Below, one piece after another: positions 9,674 to 18,209 of a DNA stretch of 64,000 nt. Every line of letters begins with the position of its first letter. Position 1 is the first letter of the stretch. Made by a program: the position numbers and the translations under genes. A model generated the notes under the pieces. It made no database searches. It worked only from the letters and a program-made list of their open reading frames with translations, and was not told the DNA's origin. Source of the stretch: a virus; the IMG/VR virus record IMGVR_UViG_3300036939_000034, positions 6,324-70,323 of that record, one strand, 5' to 3'.

Positions 9674-10132
9674 ATGGCTAGAACTAAATTCACTCCTCAC
9701 GAGGAAGATCTGAAAGCTATCAAGCTTTTCCTGAGAACCGTGTCATGGGGTAACGAATGCACCCTATGCACCCTGCTTGATGGCTCTGCCGCCTACTTGT
9801 TAATTCCCAAGCTCTACATACTATGTCCATGCACCTGGGAGAAATATAACGAGTTCAAGGTAGTTATCAAGGAAAGAGCCGCCCTGCATGGCGTGAGAGC
9901 TGGCGTCATCATCACCAATGAGACGGATAAGCAAAATTGTGAGCGAATATGGTGGGATGCTCATCGAAACTCAATCATCGTGCGCTGGCTATCCGTAAAA
10001 AATGAGTTAGACGCCACAGACCTAATGATGCAGCAGCTTGAGGGGATTGACTGGGAAAAATCACTACTGAACGTCATCAACGACGGTGTAGACGCTAAAC
10101 CTGTTTTTGAATGGGAAGGCGATCGCCCTTAG
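9674..10132 (+). CDS. Hypothetical protein
   Basis: ORF with AGGA RBS. Confidence 0.55.
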   Translation: MARTKFTPHEEDLKAIKLFLRTVSWGNECTLCTLLDGSAAYLLIPKLYILCPCTWEKYNEFKVVIKERAALHGVRAGVIITNETDKQNCERIWWDAHRNSIIVRWLSVKNELDATDLMMQQLEGIDWEKSLLNVINDGVDAKPVFEWEGDRP

Positions 10133-10814
10133 AACTTTTTACGGAAAGTTCCGCAAAAATCCACCTCACCATTCAGTCAAGCCTCACTAACATCAAAGCG
10201 ATCGCATTGTGCGAGAAATCAGCCACGAGGCAACGCCCTCACATCGACTGGAGGCGATCGCATTAATCTACCAGAAATACTCAATCCTGATCGCGTACAA
10301 CCTTTTGCCTAAACGTCGAAGCTTGCTCACCTCTCGCATAAGCTATCTGCATCAGACCCCACTCAATTTCGGAAGCGGAAACTCCGCTACTCCCAACAAG
10401 AACCTTAAGGCGCTTGCTGGAAACAAACAACGCTTCTCTAGATCTTTCTGTTAATTGCCAAGCCTTGCAAGTGCTTTTGATTCTTCCGCCAGTTTTTGGC
10501 ATTAGCTATTACCACCCCTCCTCTAGCAACCAGAGTACAGCCAAAAATTGCGCAACAGAGCGATATCCGTGATTTCACGGATGGATGCTCACCACCAATT
10601 CGGCATTCTAGTCAAAAGGTGCCAAGGTTCGGTCGGTGCATGATGGAAGTACAAACGGCAGTCCAAAGAATTTTTTTTGATCGAGGAGCATGGTGGGGGC
10701 GAGTATCTACTCCCTTGTGGAGGGAAACGCTCGGTCCCTATCCTGAACGGCACCTAGCGGTAGAAGCAGTAAGTCTTCTACGATTGAGGGGTAACAATAC
10801 TTTTACACCTCCCA

Positions 10815-11120
10815 ATGGGAGAAATAACACTCACTGAAGCACTGCAAGCGGTAAATAGCTCCCTTCAAGCCCTAACCCTAGTGTTGCAGCGTCTTGAAGA
10901 GGATCGCGCTTGGCTGCCCATCAAGGAAGCAGCTCCCCGACTGAACGTAAGCGATCGCTGGATTCTGGAGCGCATTCGTAAACGGGCGTACAAGCACGGC
11001 GTTCATTTCGTGAATACGTCGGACGGCGATCGCCCCAACTACCTCGTGTCAGTGGCAGCCATCCGCAAGGAACTAGCCAAGTCACCAGAGAAGCGAAGGT
11101 CAGGGATTGTCCCGAAATAG
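10815..11120 (+). CDS. xis: Excisionase-like HTH protein
   Basis: WLPIKEAAPRLNVSDRWI...GVHF; converges on the integrase. Confidence 0.65.
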   Translation: MGEITLTEALQAVNSSLQALTLVLQRLEEDRAWLPIKEAAPRLNVSDRWILERIRKRAYKHGVHFVNTSDGDRPNYLVSVAAIRKELAKSPEKRRSGIVPK

Positions 11121-12182
11121 CCGCTCAAACGCCTCCTCGTGAATCTTCTCAGAAATCCATCGGTGATAAATCTGAGTGTGAATTCCAACGGAATGACCCA
11201 TCTGCTGAGAAGCTAGGGTCAAATCAAGCCCTAAATTAAGGGTTCTTACTGCCCAAGCATGGCGCAGGTCATAGGGACGAAACGGGCAACCCGATCGCTT
11301 GAAGTACTGCTGAACACGGTTCCCGAACTCACTATTACTTCCCGCTGTCACGGCGGGAAGTTCCACCTCCCACAACTCCCACTCTTTCCACCAATCCAAC
11401 GGAAACGGAAAAACCAATCGCGCCCCCGTCTTTCCATCTAATACCCTCAATCCCTTCTCCCCCTGCCTCAACCGCTCCAAATCCAGGTGAAAGACCTCGT
11501 GAGGACGTAAGCCATAAACCGCCAACATCCCGTACACCCACTGCCAAGCAGGGTTAACAAGGTGCGATCGCCACTCCTCAATCACCGAATCCTCTGGCAA
11601 TTCACGCGCTTGAGCCTTAGCGGCTGAATAGCTGCCCCGAAAAGCCTTTAGGTCTACGTCTATCCCCGCAAACTTCGCCAAGGCTCCAAGTGCCATACAG
11701 TAGCGCACTCGTGTGCGGGTGTCGGGAGAAGTGAGTGCGATCGCTTCCAGCACCAGCTCCTTGGTCAGCGCAGCATCCGGGTCAAGGTGGCTAAAAGTCA
11801 GTCGATAGTCCTTCTCGTAAGTCGTCTCAGACTTTGGATTACGTTGCCGCCGGTTGAAGTAATCCGCCTCAAACTCCCTGACCCAATCCGCCACGAGCTT
11901 AGGCTTAACCACCTCAACCTTGAGGTACGGTTCCCAGGAAAACTGCTTCATTGCCAGGGCAGCCCCTAGTGCGATCGCCTCTGCCTTCGCTCGTTTAAAC
12001 CCGGATGGATTGGCATAAATCCCTAGGGCTATTTCCTGCTGGTGCGATCGCTCTACCTTACTCCCTGGCTTCGGTGGGAGAGTCGCCCGTAGGTACAACC
12101 TATTCCCTTTTTGTCGTACTTGGACGCCGATGTTAGCGCTTTTTAGCTGAGTATTAACTTCCCCTAAATAATCCTTTCCCAA
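11100..12182 (-). CDS. int: Tyrosine recombinase/integrase
   Basis: YGLRPHE, KTG, YDLRHAWA, MGHS...Y catalytic residues; cyanobacterial-type N-terminus. Confidence 0.95.
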   Translation of the reverse strand: MGKDYLGEVNTQLKSANIGVQVRQKGNRLYLRATLPPKPGSKVERSHQQEIALGIYANPSGFKRAKAEAIALGAALAMKQFSWEPYLKVEVVKPKLVADWVREFEADYFNRRQRNPKSETTYEKDYRLTFSHLDPDAALTKELVLEAIALTSPDTRTRVRYCMALGALAKFAGIDVDLKAFRGSYSAAKAQARELPEDSVIEEWRSHLVNPAWQWVYGMLAVYGLRPHEVFHLDLERLRQGEKGLRVLDGKTGARLVFPFPLDWWKEWELWEVELPAVTAGSNSEFGNRVQQYFKRSGCPFRPYDLRHAWAVRTLNLGLDLTLASQQMGHSVGIHTQIYHRWISEKIHEEAFERLFRDNP

Positions 12183-12321
12183 GCTTCCCTATTCTTACCC
12201 TTACGCGCCTCTGTAGCATGGGGGATTATATCAGGTATTAAAGTAGCTAAAAAAATACTTTAATCTCCACGTATCTCGCTCACGCGGATTCTCTCTGCCT
12301 TCACTGTTAACTGTGTCCTGC

Positions 12322-12364
12322 TTGTGGTTCCACCACTCGCGGGTTCGAGTCCCGTCGTTCGCCC
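12322..12364 (+). other. attP core: 3' half of tRNA-His(GUG)
   Basis: TTGTGGTTCCACCACTCGCGGGTTCGAGTCCCGTCGTTCGCCC contains the anticodon loop, T-arm and acceptor 3' strand; no 5' half; adjacent to int. Confidence 0.85.
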
Positions 12365-12416
12365 TCATTTCCCGCCTTGGCTATAAGGCTTCCCTAAAAA
12401 CTGTCCTGTACCTAAG

Positions 12417-13073
12417 TTAGCCCCACATCACTAGCTTAGGGGAGCCGTTTCCCAGTTGCTCCCAAAGTTCAACAGAACGGAGTTCGTAGGTGCGTGTGGT
12501 GTCCAGGTGTGGAACTTCACCCTCAAATTCCGCCTGGTACAACACGGCAGCCAAGGGAGAAGCCCCTGCGATCGAAAGCTGTACACGGGTTAAGTCCTTC
12601 TCACCCTGCATGGTCGCCAATTGGTAGATATAGCGATCTACCCCCGCAAAGACAAATTCTTCTTCTTGCCAGCCTCCGCGCACAAGGGCAGAAGCTTCAA
12701 TTAAATTCCGTAGCCGTCGCGCCCCCTTTGGCTCCAGAAGGGGTAAATACTCTTGTGTCATATCACTCACCTGCAACTTTCCCATTGCAATTTGAAGTAA
12801 CTCAGATTCAGAGTATCTCGTAAAAGGAGCCAGGTATTTTAGCCTCCAAAAATTCTTGCCTCCACTGCCTCTCTTGGGGTCACCGGCGGCCAGGAGATAG
12901 TTCAAAGAATGAATATCCAAGACATTATCCTCAGCAGCTTCACAAACGCGGGCAGCAAACGCCACTTTCGTCAGCTTGCTCTCATCTAAGGCTTTTTGAA
13001 TAACCTGCCCTAGTTGCTGCAATCCCTCTTCTGTAAAGGGATAGAGGATTCGTTCGCGTGTACGTGCTGTCAT
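12417..13073 (-). CDS. Putative immunity repressor (HTH-like)
   Basis: Divergent from a small DNA-binding gene, next to int/attP; LGQVIQKAL..LTKVAFAARV. Confidence 0.5.
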   Translation of the reverse strand: MTARTRERILYPFTEEGLQQLGQVIQKALDESKLTKVAFAARVCEAAEDNVLDIHSLNYLLAAGDPKRGSGGKNFWRLKYLAPFTRYSESELLQIAMGKLQVSDMTQEYLPLLEPKGARRLRNLIEASALVRGGWQEEEFVFAGVDRYIYQLATMQGEKDLTRVQLSIAGASPLAAVLYQAEFEGEVPHLDTTRTYELRSVELWEQLGNGSPKLVMWG

Positions 13074-13109
13074 TGATTTTTACCTTTTTGCGCTGTTCCT
13101 ATTTTCGCA

Positions 13110-13180
13110 TCTCCGCCATTTGCAAAGTTTACAAATAGCAAGTATATTAATATATAGCAATTCGCAAAGTTTGCTAAAGG
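13110..13180. promoter_or_regulatory. Putative lysis/lysogeny switch region
   Basis: AT-rich divergent intergenic with repeated GCAAAGTTT. Confidence 0.5.
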
Positions 13181-13187
13181 AAAGAAA

Positions 13188-13430
13188 TTGAGTAGCAACT
13201 ATACAACCGCCCGAGTAGAGCGATCGCTCTACTTCCAATTTGTTGATCGTGTTCGACGGCTAGAGGGAAGCGTTTCCCTATCAGAAGTAATGGCACGGCT
13301 AATAAAGCGTTACATGAGTGAGACTGAACATCTTATCACCCAGGTACAGCAAGAAGCTCTGACTGAAGTGACTCCGTGCTTCGGCAAAGCTCAGCAACAA
13401 TTTGAGAAGCCTCAGAAAGGAGTGGCTTGA
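13188..13430 (+). CDS. Small RHH/Cro-like regulator
   Basis: TTARVERSLY..F....SLSEVMARLIKRY RHH-like pattern. Confidence 0.5.
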   Translation: MSSNYTTARVERSLYFQFVDRVRRLEGSVSLSEVMARLIKRYMSETEHLITQVQQEALTEVTPCFGKAQQQFEKPQKGVA

Positions 13431-13792
13431 TGACAGGCAACTTCATTCCAGATCTGCGCCCACTATCCCTCCCAGAGTGCAAGCACTGCCAAGAATATCT
13501 TGCCCGTTGGCAGGGGGGGGTTGCCCTCCACGCCAAAACAGCAGAGCAACTGGCTCTAGCCAATGCCAGTGGCATCGAAAAAGACCAGGAAATTCAGGCA
13601 TTAAGAATGGGCTTGATAGAGGCTGTAGCTTCCATCCGCGCCCTTGGCGGCAAAGTTGACCCCAAGCTTCGGCAACTAGCTGGAATCCAGGCTGGAAAAG
13701 GAAAAGTTAGCTCTTTGGCACGTCGCCGTCACTCCAAAGCAGTGCTTCGGCAAGACTCAGCAGGTATGGGAGAGCAAGGATGCAAACCCTAA
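13427..13792 (+). CDS. Hypothetical protein
   Basis: Coupled ORF in the early right operon. Confidence 0.5.
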   Translation: MMTGNFIPDLRPLSLPECKHCQEYLARWQGGVALHAKTAEQLALANASGIEKDQEIQALRMGLIEAVASIRALGGKVDPKLRQLAGIQAGKGKVSSLARRRHSKAVLRQDSAGMGEQGCKP

Positions 13793-14103
13793 CACGGAAG
13801 GTTTGGCCATCAAGGCAAAGTCCTAAAAAGCAAGCCGTGTTCAGAGCGCTAGAACACAACGGTTACTTGGTACGCCAAGACTACAGGAACCCTCACATCT
13901 ACGTCGTCTTGGCATCGTCCAAGAACTTCGGCTGCGAGAACTGGAGAACGACTCAGCCCATCGCCTTACTCTCTTTACCTGTAGGCAAGGGGATCTGGAA
14001 GCTGGTTCCCCATACTGACATCAAAGCGTCAGGTACTCCCTTTACCTACCTCAAACGCCTCTTAGAAGCAGTAGGAGGACAAGGTCTTGCCATTCTGGCT
14101 TGA
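13780..14103 (+). CDS. Hypothetical protein
   Basis: Coupled ORF. Confidence 0.5.
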   Translation: MQTLTRKVWPSRQSPKKQAVFRALEHNGYLVRQDYRNPHIYVVLASSKNFGCENWRTTQPIALLSLPVGKGIWKLVPHTDIKASGTPFTYLKRLLEAVGGQGLAILA

Positions 14104-14332
14104 TGAACAGAAAATCAGCCGACTCTATCAGCTGGCTGAACAGGGCGTTTCGAGGAAGGCGATCGCGGAGCGCTTAGGAATTCGTACAAGCACAGTAGGT
14201 GACTACCTTCGTAAGCGCAAGAAGCACATCACCAGCCTTTCTGAAGGGGGAATGCAACCTCCCGAAATCAGCAAACAATTGCGAATCCCTCTCAAGTCTG
14301 TAGAAAGCTATCTCTCTTCAAGGAGAATTTGA
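14087..14332 (+). CDS. Tandem HTH protein
   Basis: GVSRKAIAERLGIRTSTV and EISKQLRIPLKSVESY. Confidence 0.7.
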   Translation: MPFWLDEQKISRLYQLAEQGVSRKAIAERLGIRTSTVGDYLRKRKKHITSLSEGGMQPPEISKQLRIPLKSVESYLSSRRI

Positions 14333-14793
14333 TGCTTATCACCAAAATCAAAGTCCAAAAAATTGGGATTACCATCACCTACACCCAGCCAACCGAGACT
14401 GGAGTCCCCGACACTATCACCGTATTCAGCGAAGAGGACGCACGTCCAGCATTTTACGACGCCCTCAACAGCCTGGTTGATGATGTCGTCAACCTTTGCC
14501 TTCTCGACTTAGAAGGATGGGAGAACGTCGCGGTGAGTGGCGTAACCCTTAAGCACAAGGAAGAGATGGGAGTGGTAATCACTGCTCAGAACAAGGTTGA
14601 GAACGTCAATTCTCCCGTCATCATTAACACCCCCTATTTTATCGCTGACGCAAACCTGACCAAGAAATTGGAAGAGGTTTCTGAGGAGGCAGTGGCTTTC
14701 GTCAGAGGTGCTCGCGCTCAAGCAAGTTTGTTTGACGGAAACGACGGAAAGCTGGATGAAATTGCCAAAGAGTTGGCGGAGGCGATGTCCTGA
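14329..14793 (+). CDS. Conserved phage hypothetical protein
   Basis: AGGAG RBS; C-terminal ARAQASLF motif common in phage early proteins. Confidence 0.6.
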   Translation: MMLITKIKVQKIGITITYTQPTETGVPDTITVFSEEDARPAFYDALNSLVDDVVNLCLLDLEGWENVAVSGVTLKHKEEMGVVITAQNKVENVNSPVIINTPYFIADANLTKKLEEVSEEAVAFVRGARAQASLFDGNDGKLDEIAKELAEAMS

Positions 14794-15087
14794 TGAGCAA
14801 GACACGCCGACGCTGGAAGCATAGACCCGCCAGATTTCCGGATAGCCCAAAACACATTGCCGAACCAAAACCTAGGCTGTGGAATCACAGAGGGAAACTA
14901 AGTGCGCGATTTGCGCACGTACAGGATTCCTTTATGGAGGCAGGGTGATGAGTCGCAGCATCATTTCTCACAAGCTGGTTAAAACTCGCAAGACTCACCA
15001 ATGCTGGGGCTGCACGAAAGAGTTTCCTTCAGGTTTCATGGCACTGATAAAGCTTTTCACCTTAGTCACTGAGATGGAGGAATAGGA

Positions 15088-16284
15088 ATGGAAACCCAAA
15101 ACCATGCTGATTTCGGTGCAATCATTCCAGCCTTTCTCGACGAGTATCCTCTAGACCCTTTTGAATTCAGACTTTTTGCAAGAATTCAACGCCGATCTGG
15201 AAGACGGGAGTGCTTTGAATCACTCCCCAACATGGCTAAAGGTTGTCACATGAGCTTAGGCAAAGCTCGACTAGCTTTTCGAGTTTTAGCTGAGTGCAAA
15301 ATCATCTCAGTACAAAATAGAGCAACAGAGGGAAAGACATACCTCTGCACTATCAATCCGATTGAGTACTGGGTTCCTCAAGAGCAGGTAGAAGCCATCC
15401 GGAAAAGGTTAGCCCCTACCAAATCTGACAAGGGTACTGAATCCGATACCCCTATCAAATCTGATACCCCTACCCCTATCAAATCTGATACCCCTACCCC
15501 TATCAAATCTGATACCACCCCCCTATCAGATTTAGTACCACCCCCCCTATCGGATCTGATACCCGAAGGAATACCTCTTAATGAATCAATCAATGAATCC
15601 CAAGTAATCTTAATCCCCCCTACCCCCCGAGGGGGAAACGAGAGCGAATCAACTTCGGTTGTTGAGATTCCTGGAGAAGAGGTGAACTTACCTCCCTCGA
15701 CTGACTCATACCTTTACTCAGAAGACAGAGAAGAGGGTGGGCAGCAATCAAAAATTGAAGATCAAGAAATTACGGTTCAATCTTCTACTTCGCTGTCAGA
15801 ACAGCCAACTTTGTCAGAAACGATTAAGCCTGATCGTGAGGGCGAATATTCCGCCTCGCCGCTGCGTGATAACAGTGTTTTTGTAGGCAGCGGCAACTTA
15901 GCTCCAGATAGCAAACAAAGACCTTTTGACCAACGTAAGGGGACATGGAAAAGCATTGGGTCTGACCCCTGGATGCAGAGCGGCTCAAATGTTTTGCCTG
16001 AATTCAAGCAGTGGTTATATCAGCGACATCAACGCAAAAACAAAGGTTTGACGTTATCCGATGCCGCGTCAGAGATTCGCAACGATTACGCTAGGGCGTC
16101 CGATCTCTGGTCGGAATACCAAGACGATTTAGCCCGACACCAGCAAGCACATCTGAGGTTGGTTCAGCCAATAGAACACAAAGCACTAGTTAGCAACGAA
16201 TTACCAGTCTCCGCAGAAGTCAGAGAGCAGTTCAGGCAGAAATTACTTAACAAGAAGGTGAATTCATGTATGCCAAAAATTTAG
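15088..16284 (+). CDS. Replication initiator (lambda O-like organisation)
   Basis: N-terminal wHTH-like region, internal iterons, directly upstream of the helicase. Confidence 0.75.
   Translation: METQNHADFGAIIPAFLDEYPLDPFEFRLFARIQRRSGRRECFESLPNMAKGCHMSLGKARLAFRVLAECKIISVQNRATEGKTYLCTINPIEYWVPQEQVEAIRKRLAPTKSDKGTESDTPIKSDTPTPIKSDTPTPIKSDTTPLSDLVPPPLSDLIPEGIPLNESINESQVILIPPTPRGGNESESTSVVEIPGEEVNLPPSTDSYLYSEDREEGGQQSKIEDQEITVQSSTSLSEQPTLSETIKPDREGEYSASPLRDNSVFVGSGNLAPDSKQRPFDQRKGTWKSIGSDPWMQSGSNVLPEFKQWLYQRHQRKNKGLTLSDAASEIRNDYARASDLWSEYQDDLARHQQAHLRLVQPIEHKALVSNELPVSAEVREQFRQKLLNKKVNSCMPKI
15413..15563 (+). repeat. Iterons / probable replication origin
   Basis: About six copies of CCCTATCAAATCTGATACC-like units at about 24-bp spacing inside the initiator gene. 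Confidence 0.75.
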
Positions 16285-17624
16285 TAACGGCTGACTTTGG
16301 CGGCCTCCAGCTAGTCCCACCGCAAAGCATAGAGACAGAAGAAGCTATCCTCGGCGGCATCCTGCTTGACCCTAACGCTATTGCGCGAGTTGCAGACATA
16401 CTTTGTCCTGAAGCGTTCTACATCGGCACTCACAGAGAAATCTATAAAGCCGCCTTAGTTCTTCATGCCGCCGATCGCCCCGTTGACCTAATGATGATTT
16501 CAACATGGCTTTACGACCACGACTTGCTGGAGAGAATCGGGGGTCAGGCAAAGCTAGCCAGCTTGGTAGAGCGCACAGTGTCCGCCGTCAATATCGACCG
16601 ATATGCAGCATTGGTGATGGACAAGTACCTCCGTCGCCAACTAATTCACGCAGGAAATGAAATTGTCCAGCTGGGGTATGAGGTATCCACTGAACTGGAA
16701 GTCGTTCTTGACCAATCAGAGCAAAAAATCTTTAACCTGACGCATTCCGAAGCGACCGCTGTTGACATAGAGCAGCCAATAGACATCCTGATCCGCATCT
16801 ACGACCAACTCGGCAGCCCAAAGCTTAAGGGGAGAGCCACCGGGATTCATGATCTAGACAAACTGATTGGCGGATTAAAACGCAAGAACCTCTATATCGT
16901 CGCTGGTCGCTCAGGGATGGGCAAGACACAGTTTGCGGTAAACCTGGCATCGGAAGCCTTAAAGCAGAAAGCCCCTGTTGTGTTCTTTTCCGCAGAGATG
17001 GACAGAGACTCCCTGATGACCCGGATACTTGCCTGGGAATCGGGCGTAGACGCCAAGAAAATTGAAGAACATAGTTTAGACTCTCCAAACGAGTTTGAGT
17101 GCCTTGCTGAAGCAATTGATAGCCTCTCAGATATCCCTTTGTACTTGGATGATACTTCTGGTTCTGCGTTGACTCCTGCGCGGATTCGTTCTGCTATCCG
17201 CCGTGCCACATCAATTTACGGTAAGCCGGCGCTTGTGGTACTGGACTACCTTCAGTTGCTAGGTGATGAATCAGCAAGTGGTAACCGGGTTGTAGAACTT
17301 GATCGGTTGGCTAATGGTTGTAAGTCAATAGCAAAGGAATTTGATGTTCCTTTTGTTGCTCTGGCTCAGATTAATAGAACAACAGAGAGCCAGTCCAACA
17401 AGCGTCCTGTTATATCCCAACTCAGAGAGTCAGGGGCAATAGAGCAGGCAGCAGATGCGATTTTGATGCTGTATCGAGACGACTATTACAACACGGATAC
17501 TCCTGATCGAGGAATTTGCGAGGTCATTGTTGGCAAGCAACGAGGTGGCCCGACTGGAACCATAAAGACACTGTTTAAGCCAGAAACAAGTCGGTTTCTT
17601 AATTTAGCTAGCAGGGAGTTCTAG
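16266..17624 (+). CDS. dnaB: Replicative DNA helicase
   Basis: PPQSIETEEAILGGIL, GRSGMGKT, FSAEM, DYLQL, LAQINR, LRESGAIEQAAD, KQRGGPTG. Confidence 0.95.
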   Translation: MYAKNLVTADFGGLQLVPPQSIETEEAILGGILLDPNAIARVADILCPEAFYIGTHREIYKAALVLHAADRPVDLMMISTWLYDHDLLERIGGQAKLASLVERTVSAVNIDRYAALVMDKYLRRQLIHAGNEIVQLGYEVSTELEVVLDQSEQKIFNLTHSEATAVDIEQPIDILIRIYDQLGSPKLKGRATGIHDLDKLIGGLKRKNLYIVAGRSGMGKTQFAVNLASEALKQKAPVVFFSAEMDRDSLMTRILAWESGVDAKKIEEHSLDSPNEFECLAEAIDSLSDIPLYLDDTSGSALTPARIRSAIRRATSIYGKPALVVLDYLQLLGDESASGNRVVELDRLANGCKSIAKEFDVPFVALAQINRTTESQSNKRPVISQLRESGAIEQAADAILMLYRDDYYNTDTPDRGICEVIVGKQRGGPTGTIKTLFKPETSRFLNLASREF

Positions 17625-17627
17625 TCA

Positions 17628-18209
17628 ATGACACAGCACTCTGTAAACAAGTTCAAACTTCTCGAAGAAATTCGTCACTTGAACCAAAAAGAACAACAAC
17701 TAGCAGGACAAAAAGCGGCAATTCACCACGATCAAATATGCTTCCTATTCAGTCTGGGGCAGCGCATTCAGCAGCTCTATGAGGCTTGTGAGTATGGCGA
17801 GTACAAGGCGATGCTCACTCGAATTTCATTTAGCTGGGCAGACGCCGATCGCAAGCGCAAGGTTTGGTTGACGTTTGGTAAATACCGTAACGAGCCGTGG
17901 ATTTCCAATTTTGGGAAATCAGCGCTTCAGGAAATGGCTTACGGCAAAAAACCCGATTTAGAGATTATTGAACAGGCGATCGCCTTAGCAAAAAGCGGCG
18001 TAAAAGTTGGCGTTTCCTGGGTCTGGGCTGTGCGGGATAAAAAGCGTTCCTGTGTGCCGTTGGACGCCAATGCGGTCAGGAATTCAGCCATCAGGAAAAC
18101 TCGCTTGTCCGCGAAAGTGCGTCAGCTGGTTCATGCCGTTGTTGATGAAATTGGCGAGGAGGAGTTGTTAAAGGTGCTCCAGAGCGTTCGAGAGGCACGG
18201 AGGGCATGA
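17628..18209 (+). CDS. Hypothetical protein
   Basis: Coupled ORF. Confidence 0.55.
   Translation: MTQHSVNKFKLLEEIRHLNQKEQQLAGQKAAIHHDQICFLFSLGQRIQQLYEACEYGEYKAMLTRISFSWADADRKRKVWLTFGKYRNEPWISNFGKSALQEMAYGKKPDLEIIEQAIALAKSGVKVGVSWVWAVRDKKRSCVPLDANAVRNSAIRKTRLSAKVRQLVHAVVDEIGEEELLKVLQSVREARRA

Noticed and set aside
11620-11660. Gapped match of unit 2 to the integrase FRGSY region
   Set aside because: Only three of six dinucleotides match, which is within chance.
12290-12370. Complete tRNA gene
   Set aside because: The acceptor 5' strand and D-arm are missing; only the 3' half is present, so it is called an att core.
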